Positions 41,122-50,451 of a stretch of 64,000 nt of DNA are shown here, in pieces (positions within the stretch are counted from its first letter, which is position 1; each line of letters begins with the position of its first letter). A program made the translations under genes and the position numbers. The stretch is taken from assembly GCA_965242695.1 (NCBI GenBank), contig CBDESU010000002.1:160001-224000 (forward strand), read 5' to 3'. Below the pieces are notes generated by a model, which was not told where the DNA came from, ran no database searches, and saw nothing but the letters and a program-made list of their open reading frames with translations. This DNA is from Cenarchaeum sp. (GTDB lineage: Archaea > Thermoproteota > Nitrososphaeria > Nitrososphaerales > Nitrosopumilaceae).

Positions 41122-42134
41122 GCGCGCACCTGCCGGCCGACCCGCACATGCTGTACGCGGCCGCCGCGGCCGCGGCCGCCGCATTCGGCGTAGTGTACCT
41201 GGCGACCCCGCCCCTGATCAAATGGCTCGAGGCGCGCGGCATGGGCGTGCCGGACATACACAAGCCCGGCCGCCCCACGGTCGTCCGGCCCGGCGGCATA
41301 TCCATAGCGGCCGGGCTGCTAGCCGGCATGGCCGCGCTGTACGCCGCAGCCCCGTCGAACGCGGTAGCCGCAGTGGCGGCCGTGGCGGCCGCCGCCTTTG
41401 CCGTCGGCATCGTCGACGACCTGCGCGTCATGGGCGGCTGGTTCAAGCCCGTCTGCCTTGCGGCATGCTCGGCGCCCATACTCGCCCTCGGCGCGTACGA
41501 CACCTCGATGGCGTTCCCGCCGTTTGGCGACGTGCGCATACCCATCCTGTACCTGGCCGTCGTGCCCGTGATGGTCTCGACCATGGGCAACACGGCCAAC
41601 TCGATAGACGTCGGCAATGGCATACTGAGCGGGGCGATGGCCATGGCCGGGGCGGCCCTGGCGGCCGCGCTGGCCATGGACGGGAGCCTCGCCATGGCCG
41701 GCGCGGCCGCTGCCCTGTCTGCCGCCTCGCTTGCCTTCTACAGGTTCCACCGCCTGCCGAGCCGCATATTCCCGGGCGACTCTGGGGCCCTCGTCCTCGG
41801 CGCCTCGTACGGCGCGATCGCCGTCGCAGGCGGCGCCGAGATCGTCGCCGTGATCGCCGTCCTGCCGGCCGTCTTCAACTCGTTCCTGTACCTGGCAAGC
41901 GTGAGGCGCATCGTCGAGCACAGGCAGCTAGAGGGCGGCAGCGGCGTCGACATACTGCCGGACTGCAGGCTGGCGGCATCGCCGCGGCCGAACGCGCCCC
42001 TCTCGCTCGTGCGGCTCCTCGTCTCGGACGGCCCGCTGACCGAGGGGCAGATGTGCGCGGCCATACTGCGGCTCGTCGCGTTCACGAGCTGCCTGGCCGT
42101 GGCGACGGCCGCCGCGGGGGCGCTGGTGCAGTGA
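41118..42134 (+). CDS. MraY/GPT-family UDP-GlcNAc:dolichyl-phosphate GlcNAc-1-phosphotransferase (AglH-like)
   Basis: DIHK, GIVDD, NTANSIDVGNG and IFPGDSG motifs; multiple TM helices. Confidence 0.88.
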   Translation: MSAHLPADPHMLYAAAAAAAAAFGVVYLATPPLIKWLEARGMGVPDIHKPGRPTVVRPGGISIAAGLLAGMAALYAAAPSNAVAAVAAVAAAAFAVGIVDDLRVMGGWFKPVCLAACSAPILALGAYDTSMAFPPFGDVRIPILYLAVVPVMVSTMGNTANSIDVGNGILSGAMAMAGAALAAALAMDGSLAMAGAAAALSAASLAFYRFHRLPSRIFPGDSGALVLGASYGAIAVAGGAEIVAVIAVLPAVFNSFLYLASVRRIVEHRQLEGGSGVDILPDCRLAASPRPNAPLSLVRLLVSDGPLTEGQMCAAILRLVAFTSCLAVATAAAGALVQ

Positions 42135-42400
42135 CGGCCCGCGCCGCGACGCGGCTGTACGCGTTCATGGCCGTCATGTGGGGCATGCTGCTCGGCGGCG
42201 GCGGGCTGTTCGTCCTCGTCCTCGGCCCCCTCTCCGTGTCGGGGCTCGGGCAGTACGACGCGGCGGCCTCGTCGGCCCTCAAGGCTGCGGTCGCCGCGGG
42301 GTTTGTCGCCGCGTGGGTGATCGCGCTCGCAAGGGCGAACAGCTGGATGTTCCGGCGCGGGGAGAATGTAAGGGAAGAGGACACGAAGGGGAGGGCGTAA
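42131..42400 (+). CDS. Small two-TM membrane protein
   Basis: GTGA overlap with the upstream gene; two hydrophobic helices. Confidence 0.65.
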   Translation: MTARAATRLYAFMAVMWGMLLGGGGLFVLVLGPLSVSGLGQYDAAASSALKAAVAAGFVAAWVIALARANSWMFRRGENVREEDTKGRA

Positions 42401-42947
42401 AGACATACAGCCCGGCGGGCGCCTGCGCCCCCAGTGCGCCCGCGAGCCGCGGTCGGGACTCCCGTTACATTCGCTGCATGCAGTGAGGGGGCACAAAGGG
42501 CTGCACTTGGCGGCAGCGCCGGGCGTCGGCTCTGCACGGCGGCGCCCCTCGACGCCTCGGGGACAAGCATCCGTACGCCGCTGCAACCAAAGGCCATGTC
42601 GTCTAGCTTCTAGAATCAGATTTTCCATGTGTTGATCGCGAAGGGCATGCATGCGACTACCAAGGAACCGAAGGTTGGGAATCACACGTCTAATCCAGTA
42701 GAAATACGGCGAAAGCCCACCGAAGAGACGGTGCAGCTCCGCCTGCCATCCGCCGGCCGTCCGGCGCCACGGCGCGATCGGCGGCGCAGTCCGCAACGCG
42801 CAGCCCGGCGGCGCGATCGCCCCAAGTGGACACAAAGTACCCGACTGTGAGTGCAAGGCCGTGGGGGCAAGGCACCGCGGGCGGTGCGGCGAACCGCCTC
42901 AATAACCTGCGACCAAGTGCTATATCGCCCACCGGATCGCTGCGGCC

Positions 42948-44087
42948 ATGGCAAGGCAGTCCATGGCGGGGGCAGAGCGGCGCCACAGTGCAGGAGCGTT
43001 GCCCCCGTACCTTCAGCAGCTTGGAGGCTGGGACCAGTGCGCAGAGGCCATAGAGGACATGCTCGGAGGCGATCCGAACAGCCAGATCAGCATGCTCCTG
43101 CTCGTATCGGATGAGGACGTCATCAAGGCAATCCAGAGAGCGGCGCCCAAGATAGGGATCGCGAGGAGTGCCGGCGCCGCGCCGAAGACGGCGGTTTCGC
43201 TGTCGGTCAGAGGGAGCTCGAAGGCCAGGCCGGGACGCCTCCTCGTGCTGCAAACCGGCGTCCCCATGGTCTACCTGGCAATCACGCACGAGAGGCCCGC
43301 CTTCGTCCGCGCCATGCAGTCCGTCCTCGAAGAGGTGTGCCCACGCGCCTTCGTCCCGCGCTTCAGCTCAGGCGAGATGCGGTCCGTGCTAGAGCTGCTC
43401 GAGTCAGAGACCGGCCTGATGCTGACGGCGATGCGCATCACGTCCCACAGCCGGGCCGGCAAAAAGGCGACATGCCGGCGAAGCGAGAAAAAAGTGAGGG
43501 CGGGCGGCGGCCGCAGCGGGTCCGAAATCATCCACGTCGGCGTTCCCTACGGGGGCGCGATCGAGTCGTCGCTAGAAAACGGCCAGTGGATCGGCGATGC
43601 CCAGTTCATCCTCTTGGAGGGCGGCGACGTTCGCTTGGAGGGGTACTTTTCTCGGGGAGGCCTGTTCAAGTTCCGCCATTCGTTCCTAGTTTTCAAGAGG
43701 CACGTCCTGCCGCACATACTCGACATGGCCAGGAGAAGGTTCGAGCTCTACTCAAACCGCTCAAGGGAGGACAACGGCGGCGACGACGCCTCGCCGCTAG
43801 TCATAAAGCTCCAGACGGACACGTTCGACGACCCCGAGCAGAGCCGCAGGTTCATCGAGGCCGTACAGGGAATGAAGCACGCCTCGGGCAGCGTCTACCG
43901 CGCCAGCCCCTACGTGAACATGTCGGTCGTCGACCTCGAGGACGGGTCTGCGTTCAAGATATGGATCATGTCGCCGGACGAGATCACGATCGTCCCCCAG
44001 GCGAGGGCCACCCAGGCGTCGTTTTCCCGACTGATCAGCCACATCTTTGAAAGGTTCCAAGAGGGCGACGTCCGTGAGTACGAGTAG
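42948..44087 (+). CDS. Hypothetical protein, family 'A' (GC-rich tandem copy 1)
   Basis: 379 aa, colinear with and highly similar to 44690-45823 (e.g. LESETGL, LENGQWI, LEGYxSRGGLFKFRHSFL, YSNRSREDN, HIFExFQEGDV). Confidence 0.85.
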   Translation: MARQSMAGAERRHSAGALPPYLQQLGGWDQCAEAIEDMLGGDPNSQISMLLLVSDEDVIKAIQRAAPKIGIARSAGAAPKTAVSLSVRGSSKARPGRLLVLQTGVPMVYLAITHERPAFVRAMQSVLEEVCPRAFVPRFSSGEMRSVLELLESETGLMLTAMRITSHSRAGKKATCRRSEKKVRAGGGRSGSEIIHVGVPYGGAIESSLENGQWIGDAQFILLEGGDVRLEGYFSRGGLFKFRHSFLVFKRHVLPHILDMARRRFELYSNRSREDNGGDDASPLVIKLQTDTFDDPEQSRRFIEAVQGMKHASGSVYRASPYVNMSVVDLEDGSAFKIWIMSPDEITIVPQARATQASFSRLISHIFERFQEGDVREYE

Positions 44088-44093
44088 CGCGCG

Positions 44094-44565
44094 GCAGAGG
44101 ATGCGATCCTGGACGACATAGACAGCTACACGCAGACCCAGGAATCCATGTGCGCGTTCGCTCGGGTGCTGGAAAAGCACTACGGCGCAGAGTCGAGAAT
44201 CGCCCCCGCGATGCGCCCGGGCCGCCGCGGCGGGAGCCTGGCGGGCGGCGCCGTCACGCCCGACATACTGTCACAGGGAAGGGGCATCGATCTTGTCATC
44301 GAAGTCAAGCGATCGCTGCCAGGCGGCGGGGCCGGCAGGGCCGCCGCCCTTGGCCAGCTTGGAAGGTACGACGACGATCTTGACGGCTGGAGGCGCAGTC
44401 CCCCGACGCACGACATAGTGCCGATGACGCACATGTCCAAGAGCGCCCAGTGGGCAGACTTTCTCAAGGACGCGCTGAAAAGGAAAAAGGCCTCGTTCAA
44501 CAGGAAGGTCTCCATCGTCGAATGCGTGCGCGACTCGGAGCGCGCCACCTACATGATCTTGAAGG
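44094..44565 (+). pseudogene. Truncated PD-(D/E)xK nuclease ('B' copy 1)
   Basis: AEDAILDDIDSY...VTPDILSQGRGIDLVIEVKRSL...QLGRYDDD. Similarity to 45804-46796 ends at RDSERATY, and the start is frameshifted. Confidence 0.8.
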
Positions 44566-44689
44566 GCAGCATGCGGCGGCAACGCCTAGCGCCGGCTCCG
44601 TGCGGCGCGCCCCTCTCGGCGCCCCAGGCACAAGCGTCCGTGCGACGCCAACGGCCAAGGGTTATAACATCTACCGTGCCGAAGTGGGC

Positions 44690-45823
44690 ATGGCAAGGCA
44701 ATCCATGACGACGGAGGATCAACCCGGCTCGGAGGTGCAGCCGCGATACCTGCGGTCGCTAGGAGGCCCAGGGCAGTGTGCCAGAGCTTTGGAAGACATG
44801 CTCAACGGCGATTCCAGCAGCCAGATCAGTATATTCCTGCTCGCAGCGGACGGGGACATCGTCAAGACGATTCAGAGGGCTGGACCCGGAGTAAAAATCG
44901 AGAAAGAAGGCAGGGCGGGACAGAGCACAGCGGTCGCCCTGAGGATAGAAGGGAGTTCCGAAGACAGGTCGGGTCGGCTGCTTGTCGTGCAGACCGACAT
45001 TCCCCAGATTTACCTTGCAGTCACCCATGGAAAGCCCCTCTTCGTCAACACCCTCCCATCGGTACTTGAAAAAATGCATCCATATGCCTATGTGCCGCAC
45101 TTCACCTCCAGTGAAATACTGGGCATGCTTGGGATGCTCGAATCAGAGACCGGACTCACGCTGACGACAAAGCGGATCACTGGACACAGACGAATTGGCA
45201 AAAAAATGACACATGTGAGAAAGTCGAAAAAGCTGAAGTCGAGTGCAGACCACAGAGAATCCGCGATCACGTATACCGGCGTCCCCTACAGAGAGTCGAT
45301 CAGATTGGCGCTAGAGAATGGCCAGTGGATCGACAAGGCACAATTTGTCCTGGCGGAGGGCAGCGACGTGCTCCTAGAGGGATACCTTTCGCGCGGCGGG
45401 CTGTTCAAATTCCGGCATTCGTTCCTGGCTTTCAAGGAGCGTGTTCTGCCGCACGTCCTCAGTCTGGCCATGAACAAGTTCAACCTCTATTCAAATCGCT
45501 CAAGAGAGGATAACGATGGCGAAGTTTCGCCGCTAGTCATAAAGCTCGAAACAGACACCTTCGATGACCGCAAACAGAACCGCAGGTTTATCGATGCCAT
45601 CCAGAGCATGAAATACACTTCAGCCTGCACCTACCATGCAAATCCCTACATAAACATGTCTCTCGTCGACCACATGGACGGATCGTCGTTCGAGATATGG
45701 GTGATGTCATCAGACAAAATCACGATCGTGCCTCAGCTGAGGACAACCCAGGCATCGCTATCTCGCCTGATTGCACACATTTTTGAAAAGTTTCAAGAGG
45801 GGGATGTTGTCGAGTACAAATGA
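44690..45823 (+). CDS. Hypothetical protein, family 'A' (lower-GC tandem copy 2)
   Basis: ATG about 25 bp after GTTATAA; starts MARQSM like copy 1; 377 aa. Confidence 0.88.
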   Translation: MARQSMTTEDQPGSEVQPRYLRSLGGPGQCARALEDMLNGDSSSQISIFLLAADGDIVKTIQRAGPGVKIEKEGRAGQSTAVALRIEGSSEDRSGRLLVVQTDIPQIYLAVTHGKPLFVNTLPSVLEKMHPYAYVPHFTSSEILGMLGMLESETGLTLTTKRITGHRRIGKKMTHVRKSKKLKSSADHRESAITYTGVPYRESIRLALENGQWIDKAQFVLAEGSDVLLEGYLSRGGLFKFRHSFLAFKERVLPHVLSLAMNKFNLYSNRSREDNDGEVSPLVIKLETDTFDDRKQNRRFIDAIQSMKYTSACTYHANPYINMSLVDHMDGSSFEIWVMSSDKITIVPQLRTTQASLSRLIAHIFEKFQEGDVVEYK

Positions 45824-46796
45824 AAGCCGGACGGCCGAAGACAGGACGCTAGACAGCATAGACAACTACAAGACGACCCTAGGAGCCATGTGTGCGCTTG
45901 CGCACGTACTAGAAAGGCACTACGGGGCAGAATCACGCATTGCGCCCGTAATGCACCCCAGCCCCCGTAACAGGATCCAGGCGACCGACCCCGTTACACC
46001 AGACATGGTATCGGAAGGAAAGGATGTCGATCTCGTTGTCGAAGTCAAGCGGTCGCTGCCAAATAACAAAAGCGGCCAAATCGACGCTCTCAACCAGATT
46101 AGAAAATACGATGACGATTTCGCCGGCTGGAAGCGCAATACTACAGCACACGATATAATGTTGATGGTGCACACATCCAAGAGCTCCCGGTGGGTCGTCT
46201 TTCTTGGCAAGAAACAAAGCGAAAAAAAGGCCTCGTTTGATAGAAAAGTAACAATTGTAGAGTACATGCGAAGTTCTGAGCGCGAAACCTATTTTCAATT
46301 GAAGAGGGTATGGGGCAAGACAAGCAACGCCGTGCTAAATCGGCACCTATACAATGGCATAATAGTAAAATCCGAACAGATCATAAAAATGATCAGCGTT
46401 GCCAAGTTTTGCGACAGCAAGCCAGATATAGCATATACCATGAGCATCCTCTGGAATTATATTTTTTCATCACTGATCGCTAAAGATAAACATTTGAGCA
46501 CCAAGGGGCGGAAAGCGGTAGATCATATGTTTGATCTGAAAGAAATAATGGACAAACTCAGAGATGCAGAAGGCCCGTTCTCCTATCCGCCAAAGCAAGC
46601 GTGGATTAGCGAAGCACTAAACGCGTTTGTCATATTGAAAATGGCTGAAAGGCACTCTGGAGATCGCTTTTTGGTGCACTACAAGTCCATCCGCGGCGAC
46701 TTGGTGGAGTTTTTTGTTAAAAAGCTTGCAAAATCCGCCGTGCGCAAGAGGCAGGATCGCAATAAGCAGGATCGGATGGGAGATATTCGAGACTAA
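45804..46796 (+). CDS. PD-(D/E)xK nuclease-like protein 'B', intact, with a possible C-terminal wHTH
   Basis: VTPDMV...DLVVEVKRS...NQIRKY gives the PD / ExK / QxxxY pattern; the C-terminus (LKEIMDKL...WISEALNAFVILKMAE) is wHTH-like; overlaps A by 20 bp. Confidence 0.8.
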   Translation: MLSSTNESRTAEDRTLDSIDNYKTTLGAMCALAHVLERHYGAESRIAPVMHPSPRNRIQATDPVTPDMVSEGKDVDLVVEVKRSLPNNKSGQIDALNQIRKYDDDFAGWKRNTTAHDIMLMVHTSKSSRWVVFLGKKQSEKKASFDRKVTIVEYMRSSERETYFQLKRVWGKTSNAVLNRHLYNGIIVKSEQIIKMISVAKFCDSKPDIAYTMSILWNYIFSSLIAKDKHLSTKGRKAVDHMFDLKEIMDKLRDAEGPFSYPPKQAWISEALNAFVILKMAERHSGDRFLVHYKSIRGDLVEFFVKKLAKSAVRKRQDRNKQDRMGDIRD

Positions 46797-47104
46797 TTCC
46801 AAAAAGACAAATCAAGCAGGAAACCCACGACGTAAGCGCATTCAGACCAGTGCCACAATCCATGCGGCAAAAATCCTCCCCTGCCGTCCTGTGCACTGCC
46901 TAACGGCAGCCGCAGATCAGTCCCGCGGCGGATAAAAGCCGTGTCAGCCGGCGAGTGTCGTCCGGCACAGCACATACGGCCTGCCACAGGTTACGGCGTA
47001 TCTGTACATACCATTCCGCGGTCGTAGCGGCAACCCAGAGCATGCGAGTCGTGGGTCATAGCTTCCACCCTGCTAGGGCCACGTCGTTAAACAGGCAGGC
47101 TTCC

Positions 47105-48040
47105 CTACTCCAGGTCCAAATACACCGGCGCCCCGTTCCGGCTCGAGAGCAGGGCCGCCTCGGCCACGCGCGTGACGCGCACGGCGTCGGCAGGGGCCAC
47201 GAGCGGGGCAGGGCCGCCCTCGGCGGCGGCGATGAACGCCTCGATCTCGGCGAGCAGCGGCTCGGACCACGCCGCCCTCGGCGAGCGCGTCTCCTCGCCC
47301 GTCTCTATCCGCACGGTCTGCGCGATAAAGTCGCCCGAGACGACGGCCCCCGTAAACACGGCGCTGAACGTGCGCGACCTAGTCGGCGTCACCCAGTTCG
47401 ACGATATGACGGCGGCCCTGTCCCCGCCGAACCCGAGCATTATGGTCGCAAAGTCCTCGTGCTCGTGCCGTATGCTGCCGGCCCTCGCGAAGACGACCTC
47501 GGGTGCCGCGCCGAACAGCCACATGGCCGTGTCGATGTCGTGCACGGCCGTGTCGTATATGACGCCGACATCGCGTATGTGCGGCGGCATCCGCCCCTCC
47601 CTGTGGAACTCGGCCATTACCAGGCCGCCGTGCTCGCCCGATGCGACCATCCCGCGCACCGACGACACGCACGGGTTGTACCGCTCGATGTACCCGCACG
47701 TGAGCACGACCGAGCGGCGGGCGGCCATTGCCGCCAGCGCCTCGCCGTCGCCGGGGTCGTACGTCATCGGCTTCTCGACCATCACGTGCTTGCCGGCGCC
47801 GATCAGCTCGGACGCGACCTCTACGTGCGTCGACGTCGGGGTGCACACGATGGCCGCCCCGAACCGCTCGGCAGACAGGGCGTCCGAGACGGACATATAG
47901 TGCGGGACGCCGTGGCGCCTGCCGTACTCGGCGGCCCTCTCCTCGTCGGCGTCGCACACGGCCGCCAGCGCCCCCTTTTGCGCGAGTATCCTGGCGTGGT
48001 TGTGGCCCCAGCCGCCCGTGCCGACCTGGAGGACCCTCAC
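47105..48040 (-). CDS. Gfo/Idh/MocA-family oxidoreductase (probable sugar-nucleotide dehydrogenase)
   Basis: VGTGGWGHNH, TPTSTH, HVMVEKP and DTAVHDID motifs. Confidence 0.92.
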   Translation of the reverse strand: MRVLQVGTGGWGHNHARILAQKGALAAVCDADEERAAEYGRRHGVPHYMSVSDALSAERFGAAIVCTPTSTHVEVASELIGAGKHVMVEKPMTYDPGDGEALAAMAARRSVVLTCGYIERYNPCVSSVRGMVASGEHGGLVMAEFHREGRMPPHIRDVGVIYDTAVHDIDTAMWLFGAAPEVVFARAGSIRHEHEDFATIMLGFGGDRAAVISSNWVTPTRSRTFSAVFTGAVVSGDFIAQTVRIETGEETRSPRAAWSEPLLAEIEAFIAAAEGGPAPLVAPADAVRVTRVAEAALLSSRNGAPVYLDLE

Positions 48041-48068
48041 CGTTCACCGCCCCCGGCGCGGCGCGTGC

Positions 48069-48620
48069 CTAGCACGCGATCAACTCCTCGCACGACGGGA
48101 GGCAGTCCGCAAAATGAACCCTACTGGCCCATCCAAGCCCCGTCACCATGTCGCGCATGCGGGAGCTCGCATCCCTGTCCCTGCTTGCGAATATGATTTG
48201 ACGGTCGGACCATGCGCGGGTGCGCCCTACGGCCGACAAGAGGGCAAAGAACGGCCTGTCGAAGCGGTCGCCCTTCCATCGGCCTGCATCCGCGTCGTCC
48301 GTTTTTACCGGCTGCACCGCGAAGAGAAGCCGTCGGGGGCGGCTGACTGCCCTAGTAATCTTTATCCTTCGCAAGCTGTGCCAGTAGGAGCTGGGGGCGG
48401 CCAGGCCGGCCCGGCCGAGTCGGGCCCCATAGTCGCGGTACACCCCCGCCGAGACGAACACGGTGATGGATCTGCCGCGCGGGGGCGGGTTGATCCTGCC
48501 CACGACGCCGGCGGCCCACTCGAACATAGCGTCATGCAGTGTCTTCTCGGGGCGGTCGGACAGGACATCAAGGACGATGCCCGTGTCCATGATCAGCCCC
48601 AAGCTGTGGCTAGGGAGCAT
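48069..48620 (-). CDS. Putative PIN-domain protein
   Basis: LIMDTGIVLD (first Asp), DRFDRPFFAL and IIFASRD match the PIN acidic-residue layout; overlaps the ATPase gene. Confidence 0.55.
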   Translation of the reverse strand: MLPSHSLGLIMDTGIVLDVLSDRPEKTLHDAMFEWAAGVVGRINPPPRGRSITVFVSAGVYRDYGARLGRAGLAAPSSYWHSLRRIKITRAVSRPRRLLFAVQPVKTDDADAGRWKGDRFDRPFFALLSAVGRTRAWSDRQIIFASRDRDASSRMRDMVTGLGWASRVHFADCLPSCEELIAC

Positions 48621-49698
48621 TTGGCACCACACTCCCGTACGCCAAGGCGTCGATCGCCTCGTCGAACAGCTCTTGCTCAGCCTCGCCGGCCCCGTTGACG
48701 CGTATTCTTTCGACGTCCGTGTACGATCCCCGCCTGCGCCGAAAGTAGTACATGCCAAGGTCCTCGGGCCCCACGGCGCCGCTGCCGACCAGCCCCAAAA
48801 CCGCATGCGCCACAAAGGGGCTGTGCGTCGTGACCACCATGTTGATGCCGCGCGCCGATGCGGCCTTGACCATTTCGCCGACGAGCTTTATCTGCCTTAT
48901 CGGCTCTATATGCTCCTCGGGATCCTCGACGACGAGCATCCCGGCCGGATCGAGGTGGTTCAGGGCCACCATGATTGGGAATGCGGACGCGACGCCAGAT
49001 GCGGCCGAGCCGATCCCGGCCTCGAAGCCGAGCGGGTCGGCGTAGGCATTCGCCCGGATGCCGGGCGCGCCGGGCGCCTTGATCGAGCCTCGAAACACCC
49101 TCGAGAACATCTCCTGCGCCCGCCCGTCGAGCCCGCCAGAGAGCGCCTCGAGTGCAATGCGGCAGAACTGCGCGAGGTGCCCGGGCATCCGGTGGCAGAC
49201 ATCGAGCGGCGCGGGGGCTTCGAGGCGCAGGGCCGAACTTGAGGGGCCGCCCCCTGCCGGCACCAGTGCGAGGAGCGACTGGATCATCGCCGCCCTCCCG
49301 GCGGGGACGTACACGCTGCGCTCGCCGGCGCCGTCCGCCCCGGCCTCGGCCGGCGCCGGCGGCACGGGCCGCATCCCGCCCTGCGGTCCGCCCCGTCCAA
49401 AGTCGAGCACCGCGCCGCCTCCGGAGCCGGCGCCCACCAGCTCGATGCGGCCCGACGGCATCGAGTGTGTGACCGCATCGGATCCCTCTATTCCGGCGCC
49501 CCGGAGCACGGCGCCGGCGAGCGCGCCGGCGCCGGCGCCGTCGGGGAGGAGTCCGAGCCGGCGGGCCGCGTGCAGGAGCCGCGCCGCGATGGACTTGCCC
49601 GAGCAGTTCGGGCCGACGAACACGGTCAGCCTGTGATCCCCGATCGCCGCGCGCCTTATCGGCCCTATGTTTTCAAGCCGGGCCTCGCTGAACATCAT
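48610..49698 (-). CDS. AAA_15/AAA_21 (AbiEii/OLD-like) ABC-type ATPase
   Basis: LENIGPI, TVFVGPNCSGKS, VYVPAGR, SAASG, VVEDPEEHIEP and VTTHSPF motifs. Confidence 0.88.
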   Translation of the reverse strand: MMFSEARLENIGPIRRAAIGDHRLTVFVGPNCSGKSIAARLLHAARRLGLLPDGAGAGALAGAVLRGAGIEGSDAVTHSMPSGRIELVGAGSGGGAVLDFGRGGPQGGMRPVPPAPAEAGADGAGERSVYVPAGRAAMIQSLLALVPAGGGPSSSALRLEAPAPLDVCHRMPGHLAQFCRIALEALSGGLDGRAQEMFSRVFRGSIKAPGAPGIRANAYADPLGFEAGIGSAASGVASAFPIMVALNHLDPAGMLVVEDPEEHIEPIRQIKLVGEMVKAASARGINMVVTTHSPFVAHAVLGLVGSGAVGPEDLGMYYFRRRRGSYTDVERIRVNGAGEAEQELFDEAIDALAYGSVVPNAP

Positions 49699-50451
49699 GC
49701 CCGCCGCGCGCCCTGCGCCGCCCATATTAGGCGTTTCCATGGAGGCTGCCGAGCGCGTTGCATGCGCCGCCCGCCGCCGCGGCCCTGCGTCGCGCCGCAT
49801 TCCAGCCGCGCCCCTCCGCGGCAGCGCATCGCGGGCGGACGGCCCGCGGCGCGCCGCCGCGCCGTCCCGCCATGCCGATCACGATCCCCGCCGCACATGC
49901 ATCGCCCGCCGCCACAGACGCCGAGCACACGCAGGACAATCTCCGCCCTAGCCGGCTGCGCGCCAAGGCCCTGCTTGACAAGTGCGAGATCGAGGCAGTG
50001 CGGCGGCGGGCCTGCCTCTTCCGCCAGCGGACCGCGGCTGGCGTCCGTGGGAGGGCCGCCCGCGCGCCAGCGGCGCCTCTGCAAACCCCGCATCACACCG
50101 GCAGGCGGCCTTCGGCCGCCGCGTTCCGCAGCAACCCGCGCAGGCTTGGCCGCAGGCCTGCGCCCGTCCCAGATCCCCCAATCCCGATGCAGGGAGCCCG
50201 CGCAGGCGGGCTGCAGCCCCGCGCCGCAGGCGCCAAGAGGGGGCGAAGGGCGGCCTCGTAGCGGCCCGTTGCAACCAATATAGCCCAGTGCATGCGTGCG
50301 GCGACATGGAGGCGGGCGCAATTCCACCGCATGCCGCAGGCATGCACGCCCGCGCGCTCGCACTGTGCCGCGCCGTCGCCCCCGGCCCGCAGGCACGGGC
50401 GCACCCCGCCCACTTCCCGCTTAGGCCCGCGCGCGCCGGAGGCCCGCGCCG

